A stretch of DNA of 64,000 nt, from positions 104,496 through 168,495 of the forward strand of contig CALRDH010000003.1 of assembly GCA_943354835.1 (NCBI GenBank), given 5' to 3'. The notes under the pieces were generated by a model. That model saw only the letters and a program-made list of their open reading frames with translations. It ran no database searches and was not told the origin of the DNA. Origin of the DNA: a candidate division WWE3 bacterium (GTDB lineage Bacteria; Patescibacteriota; WWE3; 2-01-FULL-39-13). Position 1 is the stretch's first letter. Every line of letters begins with the position of its first letter. The position numbers and the translations under genes were made by a program. Shown piece after piece: positions 38,202 through 48,481 of this stretch.

Positions 38202-39143
38202 ATGTCTGACATAATTGATATTCTAGCTTGCCCAGTATGTGGAAACCCGATAACTAAAACGAACAACAAACTCTCATGTTCAAATAATGATTGCAAGAAA
38301 TCATATAGCCTCCTTTTTGATAACATATTTTCATTTTTAGACAATGACCAATCAGATGATACTGAACTTTCAATTGAAAAATGGAATGAATTTTATTCTG
38401 ACAAAACAAAATTTGATGATTATGAAAAGCGATATCAATTATACCTATCTGATAATTATGATAATGTGTATAGACAAATTTCCGAAAATAAAAAATTTGA
38501 CGAGAAAACAACAATCCTTTTAGAAATAGGATGTGGCCCAATGTTTTTAGCCCGTGCACTTTCTGATAAATGTAAATTGGTTGTCGGTATAGATTTTTCC
38601 ATAAAAGCATTAAAAACTGCAAAAGCAATGCTCGAAAAAAACAAGATAAAAAACTACATACTAATACATGGTGACATAAAAAATATGCCAATTAAAGATG
38701 GCTCGATTGACATTATCTACGGTGGTGGCGTTATAGAGCATTTCACAGATACATATACAGCAATCCAGGAACTTTATCGGGTTCTAAAACCAAGCGGGAT
38801 TTCTTTTAATACCGTTCCACATTTGAATATCGGATCATTAACCTATCGTCAAGTTTGGGGAAATATTCCTAATTTCCCAGTTTTAAAACAGATTGCAGAA
38901 TTCATACATATAAAATTACTAAAATCAAAACATATGACGTTTGGTTATGAATTATCTTTTTTAGCTACACATCTAAAGTATCTTCATAGTAAAGCTGGTT
39001 TCAAAAAGGTAGAAGCTAAAAAGTTCGAAACAAAATTAATGTTTGAATTTATTCCGACAAAAATTCTAAAAAACAGTATGTCTTGGCTAGCAAATAACAG
39101 CCCATTATTTTGGCCAATGATTAAAGTTATAGGGACCAAATAA
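38202..39143 (+). CDS. Class I SAM-dependent methyltransferase with N-terminal Trm112-like zinc ribbon
   Basis: MSDIIDILACPVCGNPI...LSCSNNDC and ...LLEIGCGPMFLARAL...VVGIDFS...GGGVIEHF. Confidence 0.7.
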   Translation: MSDIIDILACPVCGNPITKTNNKLSCSNNDCKKSYSLLFDNIFSFLDNDQSDDTELSIEKWNEFYSDKTKFDDYEKRYQLYLSDNYDNVYRQISENKKFDEKTTILLEIGCGPMFLARALSDKCKLVVGIDFSIKALKTAKAMLEKNKIKNYILIHGDIKNMPIKDGSIDIIYGGGVIEHFTDTYTAIQELYRVLKPSGISFNTVPHLNIGSLTYRQVWGNIPNFPVLKQIAEFIHIKLLKSKHMTFGYELSFLATHLKYLHSKAGFKKVEAKKFETKLMFEFIPTKILKNSMSWLANNSPLFWPMIKVIGTK

Positions 39144-39144
39144 A

Positions 39145-40941
39145 ATGTGCGGCATAGCAGGAATCATTAACGGAAATAAAAACTCAAAAAAAACTTTGCA
39201 AAAAATGATGCATTCTATAAAGCATAGAGGCCCCGACGACAATGGAACATTTTGCGATGAACATGCTGGTGTATATTTCGGATCGCAAAGATTAAGCATC
39301 AACGACTTAAGCCCTAAAGGTAAAATGCCAATGTTTAGTGAAGATAAATCGATTACAGTATGCCAAAATGGAGAAATATATAATTATCACGAATTGAAAA
39401 ACGAACTTTCGACACATGGCCACAAATTTATTTCAGGATCAGATACAGAAGTTATCGTACACGGGTATGAACAATGGGGAACAAATATTTTTAAAAAACT
39501 CCAAGGCATGTTTGCAATCGCAATTTATGACATTAAAAATCATACAGTAATACTCGCAAGAGATAGAATTGGCATAAAGCCTTTGTACTATTTAAGACAT
39601 AAAGATTCAATGTATTTTTCATCTGAAGCTAAATCATTTTCTTCAATTAATGATTTTTCATTTGGAAACAATATTGACTATGAGAATATTAATTTAATGT
39701 TGGGATTCATGTTTCTACCTAAATCCGATGAAACAATAGTCAAAGGAATAAAAAAATTAGAACCAGGTCATTTCATGAAAATTGACCTTAAAAAAAGCTC
39801 ATCGGGAGACATAAGCATACACAAATACTGGGATATAGAAAATTCAAGTAATAAATTAATCTCAAAAGACTTAAGTTTCGAGGATGCAGTAAATGAACTC
39901 GACAAACTGTTACAAAAAACCGTTTCATCACATTTAATGTCAGATGTTCCACTTGGAGTTATGTTATCTGGTGGTCTTGATTCATCATTAATCACGGCCT
40001 TAGTAAAAAAGCTGTCTACATCAGAAACATTAACATTCACTGCAAAATTTGCACATAAACTTAATGAAAGCGAAAACGCAAGAAGTATTGCAAATTACCT
40101 TAAGACGAATCATAAAGAAATTTTAATCGATACAAAAGACGTAAGCGCAAACATAGAAAAGCATATAAGAAATTATGATGACCTAACAACTTTTGATGGT
40201 GGACTTATAACAACAAAAATACTATGTGATGAGATAAAAAAACTTGGCGTGACGGTTCTACTTTTAGGGGAAGGCGCGGATGAAATATTCGGGGGTTATT
40301 CCTGGTTTGGGATTTCGCAACTCCCCTACTCTTTCTTGCCAGATATATTTAAATCTGCAATTTATTATTACGCAATCTCAAGAAACGTAACATTTAATCC
40401 TCAAACATATTATTCCTATTGGAACAAAATGTTCAAATCAATGCACAATTCGGACACATTCAAAAATGTCAGTAACCTGGAATTAAAAGCTCAACTTCCG
40501 AATCATTTGTTAATGAAAGTAGACAAAGCAACAATGGCAGCTTCCGTAGAAGCAAGAGTTCCATTTTTGGATCACAAAGTAGTAGAGTTTGCATATAATC
40601 TTCCTCGTGAATATAAACTTAAAGGAAATATGTACAATTTCAACTCTTCAAATGAAAAATATATATTAAGAAAAGTCGCTGAAAGATATCTTCCACAAGA
40701 AGCCGTATGGAGAAAAAAACGAGGATTCATGCTTCCAATGGGACAAGTACTTGATTCAGACATATCAAAAGTCAAAGATTACATGTTCTCGAAAGACTCA
40801 ATTTCATCAAAACTATTATCAAAGAAACAAGTAGAGAATTTATTTATAGAATCACCTATTGGGATTATGAAAATGCAAAAAGAATATCTAATCTGGAGAT
40901 TATTCCTTCTTGAAGTTTGGAAAAAGGAATATGCAAGATAA
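39145..40941 (+). CDS. asnB: Asparagine synthetase B-type glutamine amidotransferase
   Basis: MCGIAGII (Ntn Cys2), ...RGPDD..., and the PP-loop LSGGLDSS. Confidence 0.88.
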   Translation: MCGIAGIINGNKNSKKTLQKMMHSIKHRGPDDNGTFCDEHAGVYFGSQRLSINDLSPKGKMPMFSEDKSITVCQNGEIYNYHELKNELSTHGHKFISGSDTEVIVHGYEQWGTNIFKKLQGMFAIAIYDIKNHTVILARDRIGIKPLYYLRHKDSMYFSSEAKSFSSINDFSFGNNIDYENINLMLGFMFLPKSDETIVKGIKKLEPGHFMKIDLKKSSSGDISIHKYWDIENSSNKLISKDLSFEDAVNELDKLLQKTVSSHLMSDVPLGVMLSGGLDSSLITALVKKLSTSETLTFTAKFAHKLNESENARSIANYLKTNHKEILIDTKDVSANIEKHIRNYDDLTTFDGGLITTKILCDEIKKLGVTVLLLGEGADEIFGGYSWFGISQLPYSFLPDIFKSAIYYYAISRNVTFNPQTYYSYWNKMFKSMHNSDTFKNVSNLELKAQLPNHLLMKVDKATMAASVEARVPFLDHKVVEFAYNLPREYKLKGNMYNFNSSNEKYILRKVAERYLPQEAVWRKKRGFMLPMGQVLDSDISKVKDYMFSKDSISSKLLSKKQVENLFIESPIGIMKMQKEYLIWRLFLLEVWKKEYAR

Positions 40942-42049
40942 AAATGTATTATTTTTGGTTCACCGAATATTTAATAATGATATTGTAAAAAGAGGCGGAG
41001 CGGACTACATTACAGACTTTTTAATTTCAAAAGGATATTCAATAATAACAATCGAACACCCATTAAATGGTTCGCACGAGTCATATATTAAAACCAATAA
41101 AAGCGCAAAGACATTTAAACTCTTTGGGAAAGGCCCAATAAGGTGGATTCAAGAAATTATATTCAACTTTATAAATGCTCCACGTACGCATGTTAAATTA
41201 ATCATCTCCGTAGACCCTCTTAATTTTTTATCGGCATACTTAATAAAAATAGTTAACAAGAAAAAGTTAAAAATATTGTTTCATTCAATAGACTACTCTG
41301 AAAGTAGGTTTGGAAGCTCTATGCTTGATTACGTATACAATTCACTATATTCGTTTGCTGTTAGAAATGCAGACATTGTTACATATGTAAGCGAACTCAT
41401 GGGAGATAAAATTAAAGAGATAATAAAACTAAATGCAAAAACTGAAAATATCTTATTTCACCTTCCCAATTCACCCGAATTTAAAAAAATTCCTAAAATC
41501 GATATTTCCAAAAAAAATAAGTATTCAATTGTATACAGTAAGTCGTTTATATCAAAAGAGGAATTAATATTATTAGAAAATATAGTAACCATATTAAAAA
41601 AGAAATTCCCAGATATTGTTCTAAACATTGTGGGAAAAATTGATGGGACAACTTATATTATAAGTCCCAAAATAAAAAACAATATAATGGCACATGGATT
41701 AGTCCCTTATGAAAGAAACCTAGAAATAATAAGCGGTTCATACCTCGGGCTTGGTTGGTACGAAAATAAATTTTCATTTGAAAAATATAATGATTCATTA
41801 AAACTTAGAGAATATGCCGCTTCTGGAATTCCTGCGGTTTGTAATGATAAGACATCAACAGCAATTGAAATGGAAAAAGAAGAAGCAGGAATTGTCGCGA
41901 ATACAGAGGCGGAAATCGCTACTGCGATTTCCGCCTTAATTGAAAATCCAAAGAAGTATTCTGAAATGAGAAAGAATGCTTTGTATTGGGCAAAAAAGAA
42001 TGATAAAGCTAAATTACTCGAAAGGTTACTTAACAAATTGAGTCTATGA
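40931..42049 (+). CDS. GT-B glycosyltransferase (GT4-like)
   Basis: The C-terminal ...EYAASGIPAVCNDKTSTAIEMEKEEAGIV... is a GT4-like nucleotide-sugar pocket. Confidence 0.6.
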   Translation: MQDKNVLFLVHRIFNNDIVKRGGADYITDFLISKGYSIITIEHPLNGSHESYIKTNKSAKTFKLFGKGPIRWIQEIIFNFINAPRTHVKLIISVDPLNFLSAYLIKIVNKKKLKILFHSIDYSESRFGSSMLDYVYNSLYSFAVRNADIVTYVSELMGDKIKEIIKLNAKTENILFHLPNSPEFKKIPKIDISKKNKYSIVYSKSFISKEELILLENIVTILKKKFPDIVLNIVGKIDGTTYIISPKIKNNIMAHGLVPYERNLEIISGSYLGLGWYENKFSFEKYNDSLKLREYAASGIPAVCNDKTSTAIEMEKEEAGIVANTEAEIATAISALIENPKKYSEMRKNALYWAKKNDKAKLLERLLNKLSL

Positions 42050-42069
42050 TAAAAACCCTCAAAAAACTT

Positions 42070-42831
42070 TCACTTGTTTTTGATTTTTTGAGCTACTATA
42101 AATATGGATGTCCCTATTGGTAAATTAATAAAGTTAAGTAAATAGTTTTCGAAATACATAACTTTAGTTAATATTTTATTTATAATAGGATTAGCTTTAC
42201 TAACATCATCTTCGGCTTTTTTTGACGATAATAAATAGTACATTTTATTTACTATTTTATAAATAACTAATAGTGGGAAAAGTAAAAATACCCTGTAGCT
42301 ACCTTTTATTATTTTATAGTTATGCGATTCTAAGTCTTCAATCAGCTCATTTAGCATAAACCTTTTTTTTACATGCCAACTAACATCATGATTTGAAAAT
42401 AAAAATGGCAAAGCGGCTGTGTTGATAATTAGATATCCATTTAGTCTAGTGCATCTTGTGAATTCATTTAGCGCTAAAATGTATTCTTTTGGCGAAAGGC
42501 ACGCCAATACATCCATACAGCATATACAGTCAAAAGATGAGTTTTTATAAGGTAGCTTTGATATGTTTGCTTTCAAAACGTCAGTAATTCCTCTTTGTTT
42601 GCAAAATTGAATTGCTACATCTGATGCATCAAATCCGCATACATTATAATTTTCAGATCTTAAAAATTGCAGGTTTTCTCCAGTTCCACACCCTGCATCA
42701 AGAATTACTTTAACATTCGTAGATTTTATATATGAGATTAATAAGTTTCTTAGTCCAAGGTACCACCAATGGCTATGTTCATTTTCATACATATTTTCGT
42801 AAACTTTATTTTCTAGTTGCAATTTTTTCAC
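42070..42831 (-). CDS. Class I SAM-dependent methyltransferase
   Basis: VKVILDAGCGTGENLQFL...VCGFDASDVAIQ. Confidence 0.75.
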   Translation of the reverse strand: MKKLQLENKVYENMYENEHSHWWYLGLRNLLISYIKSTNVKVILDAGCGTGENLQFLRSENYNVCGFDASDVAIQFCKQRGITDVLKANISKLPYKNSSFDCICCMDVLACLSPKEYILALNEFTRCTRLNGYLIINTAALPFLFSNHDVSWHVKKRFMLNELIEDLESHNYKIIKGSYRVFLLFPLLVIYKIVNKMYYLLSSKKAEDDVSKANPIINKILTKVMYFENYLLNFINLPIGTSIFIVAQKIKNK

Positions 42832-45190
42832 TTCAATTTTTTAATAAGAATTAAGCTTACGATAAATGAAATTATGGAGATTATCATCCCTAAGTATAAT
42901 AATTTTGGCACATATATAAATTCGACATCATGTTTTCCATTCGTCAAAAGTATCCCCCTTGAGGTTAAATTGGTTTTATAAATTTTTGTCGGTTTTCCAT
43001 CTATATAAGCTTGCCAACCAGGATAGTAAGTATTACTTAGTACAAGCAATGAATCATCAATACTTTTTACATCAATTTTGACTTTACTGTTACTATAATG
43101 ATAAATATTTGCGTAAGAACCAGGTTTTTGATTGTCAAATAGTGGCAGATTGGAATCAGAGATTACAACTGCGGTTCTTCTTAAATCTAGTGAGCTCATC
43201 TTTTCTAATGCTTCTTTCGATGTTTTTACCTTTAATATATTTTCTGTAATAAAAGCCATTGGAAGTCTATCAGTATTTTCGTAGACGTAGATTGGTGTTC
43301 CAACTGGAAGTACAGTACCAGTTCTTAAAATGAATTTACCTGAATCTTCCTCACGAATAGGTACCGCTTCAATTAGATCAAGACCATTCGGGAGTTTCTC
43401 TGCAAATGGCTTGCTAGTAAAAATGTATTGGACTGCTAATATATCAAATAATTGCGAGTCTGGACTTACACTCCAATCAGCTTCCTGAAAGTGGTTGTAT
43501 AGTAGGTTGTAATCTTTTAATGTAAGGCCATGGAAACCTTCTGTTTGATATATTTCAGAACTTGCGGTATTAAATCTATTTGTTTCCTCGAAAAAATATG
43601 CACGTGTTAAGTTATTTCTCATTTCAGTTGAGTATTTCTTGGTTATCGTATTTTCACTATAGAAAACCCTTGGATCTTGTGTTGAATTTATAAACGCAGA
43701 CTTGGAAATTAAAGTGAATAAGTCAAGAAGGATTAAAACAACCAGTGAGAATTTAAAAATACTTGGGTTTATATATTTTTTAAACCGGAACAGTATATAG
43801 GTTGGTATAAAAAATACAAAAAATAAACTCAAACCATCAGTAATATTATTTATATCCACAGGGTTCCCCCCTATAGCCTTAAGTATTAATCCGACAAAAA
43901 TCGATATAAAATAAATGAGTATAAAAAGCAATGTTAAGGCTTTTAACCATGTAGCTACGCTTTTCGGGAATTCGTGCTCTAATAAATATGTATATCCATA
44001 ACCTGCTAAGACGGCAAGGCTAAAGGCTGTGTATATATGTATGAATGTTAGGAATCTGAAATATCCGTAAAAAGGGATAAATAAATATGCGAATTGATGT
44101 AAAAAAGTAATATTCCCAAGCGATAAAAGTGTAAATACAAACGCCGATATGAAAAAGAAACTAACTGCTTTTATTTTGATCAGTTTTAAACCTATGGCAA
44201 CCAATATTAGTCCAGCTGTGCTTATATAACCTATTACTGCTGGACCTGTCTGTGCACCATAATAGTACGGTAATAAATAATTAAGCAGACCTCTTAATTC
44301 CATTGAAGCACTTGCAGATCCTGTGATATTTAAATGTTCCCGTATTGCAATATTTTGAAGCTCAAAGGCTGGTAAAAAAGTAACAGCAGAAATTGATATC
44401 CCGATTGCACAAGCAATTAAAAGGCTTTTAATGATTCTGCCTAATGATTTTATATCTTTTGCGAAAAAGAAAATGACTAAAAATGCGATAAATAAATTAT
44501 TATGGAGAAAAAATGCTGTATATCCACCAAGAAGGAGACAAGATGAGACTAATCCTGAAAAAATAGCTTGCCTGTAAGATCTGTTTGTATCGATTTATAC
44601 ATGAAGTAGAGTTGTAGCGGCATTAAAGCTGGTCCACTAATTGGATTTGAAAATATTCCTACATATATCATGCTACCGCTTAGGCCAAATATAATCCCAG
44701 AAATGAATGCGGGAAATGGTTTGAACATCAGACATTTTCTTAGAAAGATATATGTGAATAGGCTTGCCAGTGATAGATGAAATACTGAATAGTATGTAGC
44801 AAGAAAAACTAATAAATTTTGCGGACTAAGGAGTGAAACTAAGTAGAAAATAAACCGGACTGGATAAAATATCGATACTCTGTCTAACCCTCCAATTAAT
44901 GGAAATCCAGTGAAATTATAGGGATCCCAAAGAGAATCAGTAGCATTTTTAATAGATAATATCGCTCTGGTTGCAGAAACGCCTTGCAGAAAATCTGGGT
45001 AGTAATACCCTAAAAAATCGACATGAAAATACACAGTATTAAATCCAGTAATATCAAAATTTCTCCAAAATCCAATGATTGGTAATATGAAAAATAATAG
45101 AATCCATATAATGTTTTTATTCGCTTGTAATTTCTGAATGATTTGGTCTACGAGTTGATAGATTTTTCCCAACACCAAAAGATTATACAT
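42828..45190 (-). pseudogene. YfhO-like polytopic membrane glycosyltransferase-family gene, apparently split by a -1 frameshift in a T6 (plus-strand A6) homopolymer
   Basis: ORF 44549..45190 (213 aa, multi-TM) ends ...GKLFFQD*. Another frame runs open, without a Met, from just downstream of that stop (…LVSSCLLLGGYTAFFLHNNLFIAFLVIFFFAKDIKSLGR…SASASMELRGLLNY…) into ORF 42828..44303 (491 aa). Adding one T to the T6 run (plus A6 ~44558-44563) fuses them into a ~785-aa protein. A C-terminal extracytoplasmic domain plus terminal TM (…DVEFIYVPKLLYLGMIISIISFIVSLIL) is YfhO-like. Confidence 0.5.
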
Positions 45191-45248
45191 ACGTTAATAG
45201 TCGATAGCCAATAGGTATAATAATCATGTTCCATATTGAACTTCAAAA

Positions 45249-45277
45249 CTGTCAAAATCAAAATTTATAAGTATAAT
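45249..45277 (+). promoter_or_regulatory. Candidate promoter (CTGTCA -35, 17 bp spacer, TATAAT -10), giving a near-leaderless transcript for the GT2-GtrA gene
   Basis: ctgtca at 45249-45254 and tataat at 45272-45277. The ATG is at 45287, only ~10 nt past the -10, with no SD. Confidence 0.25.
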
Positions 45278-45286
45278 TAATGATAA

Positions 45287-46504
45287 ATGAATCTACGGCT
45301 TTCTTCTTTGACCATATTTTTTCCGTTTTATAATGATGCTGGCACAGTCAAAAAAATGCTTGACCAAGCATATGAATATGGATCTCTCGTAACAAATGAT
45401 CTTGAGGTAATCGCACTAAACGGTGGAAATTCAAAAGACAATACATATCAAGAAATTCTAAAATTTCAAAAATTAAATCCTTCGGTAAAAATTGTAAATA
45501 AAAAAGATAATGTCGAAGGCTATGCCGTCATAAAACATGGGCTATACTCTTCCACAAAGGATTTTGTTTTTTATACTGACGGCGACGCACAATATAGCCT
45601 AAAATCTGATTTCTTAAATCTTATCAAAAAACAAAACGATACAAATGCGGATGTAGTAAATGGACACAAAAAAGACAGAAAGGATAATATTTTCAGGATT
45701 TTATTCGGTTTTTTATACGCCACTTTTAGCAGAGTGATTTTTAAATCACCAATTACGGATATTGACTGTGACTTCAGATTGATACGGACATCTATTCTAA
45801 AAAGATTTAAGCTAGAAAGTCACGATGCATCAATCCTGCCAGAGCTTGTTCTTAAGCTAAAACTAAATGGTGCGAATTTCTCCGAAATTCCCGTCAGCCA
45901 TTTTCCAAGAGAATATGGCAAATCAAATTACACTGCATTTTCACTATTTAAAGAGAAGCTGGCTGGTGATTTTAAGTTATACATAAAGATGAGAAAAGAA
46001 ATAAAAAATATTGACATCAATTTATTCGAATTTACATTGTCATATTTAAAAAACAGCGAGAATTTCATATCAAGCTTTTTACGTATAGATAACTTTAAAT
46101 TTATTAAATTCGGCTTAGTTGGAGTTAGTAGTGTCATATTGCATTTTATATTTTTTAATATATTTATGTTATTAACTAATTTAAACACAGGATTAATAAC
46201 GATCGTATCAGACCAATTACCGATATTGACGTCGTATATTTTGAACAATAACTATACATTTAAGAAAATCAAAGATGTATCAAGTAATCGAAAACATCCG
46301 ACTAGGTTTATAAAGTACTGGTCAATAATAATGATTTCAACTGTGATACACAGTATCATTATTACATCAGGAATTTATATTTTCGGTGATACGATTTTAA
46401 TTGCGAATATATTCTTTATTGCTGGAGTAATAATTGCCATGATTTGGAATTATTATTTTCACAGTACATTGATTTGGAAAGCTTCTATAGAAAAAGGAAG
46501 ATAA
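45287..46504 (+). CDS. GT2 glycosyltransferase fused to a C-terminal GtrA-like 4-TM domain (CsbB/GtrB-like polyprenol-phosphate sugar synthase)
   Basis: N-terminal GT2 (LTIFFPFYNDAGTV...FYTDGDAQY). C-terminal FIKFGLVGVSSVILHFIFFNIF...IAMIWNYYFHSTLIWK is GtrA-family. Confidence 0.75.
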   Translation: MNLRLSSLTIFFPFYNDAGTVKKMLDQAYEYGSLVTNDLEVIALNGGNSKDNTYQEILKFQKLNPSVKIVNKKDNVEGYAVIKHGLYSSTKDFVFYTDGDAQYSLKSDFLNLIKKQNDTNADVVNGHKKDRKDNIFRILFGFLYATFSRVIFKSPITDIDCDFRLIRTSILKRFKLESHDASILPELVLKLKLNGANFSEIPVSHFPREYGKSNYTAFSLFKEKLAGDFKLYIKMRKEIKNIDINLFEFTLSYLKNSENFISSFLRIDNFKFIKFGLVGVSSVILHFIFFNIFMLLTNLNTGLITIVSDQLPILTSYILNNNYTFKKIKDVSSNRKHPTRFIKYWSIIMISTVIHSIIITSGIYIFGDTILIANIFFIAGVIIAMIWNYYFHSTLIWKASIEKGR

Positions 46505-46592
46505 CTTTGCTGGTTTACCTAGAAAGAGAATATTTCGATTTTGCATTTTTTCTGCTATGGTTTTGATAAAGTCATTTAGTATGATTAATTAA

Positions 46593-47210
46593 ATGAAAAA
46601 AAACGAGAAAATTATAGTAAACCTAGGGTGTAGCGGATCAAGGATTCCTGGCTCTATTGGGGTAGACGTCATACCAAGAGAAGGTACTGTTGATATAGTT
46701 CATAATCTAAATAAATACCCATACCCCTTTAAAGAAAATTACGCTGATGAAATCCATTTATACCATGTACTTGAACATTTAGATGATTCAATCAAAACAA
46801 TTGAAGAAATTTACAGGATACTAAAACCAGATGGAATTTTATATTTGAGAGTTCCACATTTCAGCAGTTTATACGCCTGGGGTGATATAACGCATAAAAA
46901 AGCTTTTTCAATTTATGCGTTCGATATTTTCGACGCAAATAGAGATTATAAAAAATGGGGATATACCAAAGCTAAATTCGAAATTCTAACCAGAAAAATC
47001 AGATATTTTTATACATGGCCAAACGAAGACTGGTACATGAAATACATAGTCAAGCCAGACTGGCCATTTGGGGCCGGAATAATATTGAAACCAATTATTA
47101 CTTTACTAAATTTTCTAATCAATTTGTCACCAGAAATATTCGAAAGATTTTGGTGCTATTGGGTTGGTGGCGCTGCTGAAATATACTTAATCATGAAAGC
47201 TAAAAAATAA
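46593..47210 (+). CDS. Class I SAM-dependent methyltransferase (Methyltransf_11/23-like)
   Basis: VNLGCSGSRIPGSIGVDV...YHVLEHLDD...LKPDGILYL. Confidence 0.55.
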   Translation: MKKNEKIIVNLGCSGSRIPGSIGVDVIPREGTVDIVHNLNKYPYPFKENYADEIHLYHVLEHLDDSIKTIEEIYRILKPDGILYLRVPHFSSLYAWGDITHKKAFSIYAFDIFDANRDYKKWGYTKAKFEILTRKIRYFYTWPNEDWYMKYIVKPDWPFGAGIILKPIITLLNFLINLSPEIFERFWCYWVGGAAEIYLIMKAKK

Positions 47211-47266
47211 TGGGCTTGTTAGACACAAAGAATATCATGTAGAATGCAATATAGTTCACGAAGTTA

Positions 47267-48481
47267 ATGCGGAAAGGAAAATTTAAAGTGGAAGATTTAA
47301 AAGTAAAATTAATAAAAGATACTTTCTACAACGAAGCACAAACAAAAAAAGAATTATGTGATTTCATAATGAAAACAGATCGTTTGAGTATGTGGACAGA
47401 GTGTAGAAAGTTTGAAGATAATTTCGCAAAGCACCAGGGAGCAAAAAACTGCTCCATGTTCACAAGCGGAAGTACCGCAAACCTAGCATTAATTCAATCA
47501 CTTATAAATCTAAAAAGATTAGAAAAAGGAGATACAGTTGCGTTTTCCGCTGTCACCTGGTCTACAAATGTAATGCCAATGCTACAACTTGGATTAAATA
47601 TTCATCCGGTTGATGTTGAAGTTGATACCTTAAATAGTTCAGCTGAATTATTCGAAAAAGCATTAGAAGAAAATCCGTCAATAAAGGCTTTCTTTATAAC
47701 CAACGTTTTGGGATTTTGTTCTGACATAGATAAAATTGCTGATATATGCAAAAGTCGAGGAATTATCCTTATAGAAGATAATTGCGAATCTTTAGGAACT
47801 ATTTATAAAGGTAAAAAACTTGGATCATATGGACTTGCGGGAACATTCTCTTTTTACGTAGGCCATCACATGTCTACAATTGAAGGCGGGGCATTATGTA
47901 CCGACGATGCAGAATTAGATACCATGGTTAAAATGGTTCGGTCACACGGAATGGATAGAAACTTAGACGAAGACAAAAAAATAAAAGTCAGAGAAAAATT
48001 CAAACTTGATGATTTCTATTCGCGATATACATTCTATACTCTTGGTTATAATTTAAGACCAAATGAAATCAACGGCTTTTTGGGAAACAATCAACTTCAA
48101 TACATTGACGAAATCTTTAGAATTAGAAATGAAAATTTCATGAAATTTATATCTGCCGTAAACAAAAATGATATTGTACCAATCCGATATAATCATATAG
48201 ATTTTGTTTCTAATTTCGCATTTCCAGTTATCTGCAAAAACAAAACTATTTTGAATAAATATATAAAGGTATTCGAAAATGCAGGAATAGAAATTCGCCC
48301 AGTCGTTAGCGGAAATATGATGAATCAAATATTCATAAAAGATTACGTAGGTAGTAAAAAGTTCGACCTACCAGGCGCACAAAAAATACACGAAGATGGA
48401 TTTTACTTCGGGAATAATCCCGACATGACAAAAAAAGAGATCAATATAGTTATAAAAGCGTTTAAAGATGCCAGTAAGTAA
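47267..48481 (+). CDS. DegT/DnrJ/EryC1/StrS-family PLP enzyme with His at the Schiff-base Lys position (sugar 3-dehydratase candidate, ColD/E1-like)
   Basis: The fold-type I sugar aminotransferase pattern is (...MFTSGSTANLALIQSLI...). The conserved SFxxxKxxxxGEGG is FSFYVGHHMSTIEGG here, so His replaces the Lys that sits 6 residues before EGG. Confidence 0.7.
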   Translation: MRKGKFKVEDLKVKLIKDTFYNEAQTKKELCDFIMKTDRLSMWTECRKFEDNFAKHQGAKNCSMFTSGSTANLALIQSLINLKRLEKGDTVAFSAVTWSTNVMPMLQLGLNIHPVDVEVDTLNSSAELFEKALEENPSIKAFFITNVLGFCSDIDKIADICKSRGIILIEDNCESLGTIYKGKKLGSYGLAGTFSFYVGHHMSTIEGGALCTDDAELDTMVKMVRSHGMDRNLDEDKKIKVREKFKLDDFYSRYTFYTLGYNLRPNEINGFLGNNQLQYIDEIFRIRNENFMKFISAVNKNDIVPIRYNHIDFVSNFAFPVICKNKTILNKYIKVFENAGIEIRPVVSGNMMNQIFIKDYVGSKKFDLPGAQKIHEDGFYFGNNPDMTKKEINIVIKAFKDASK

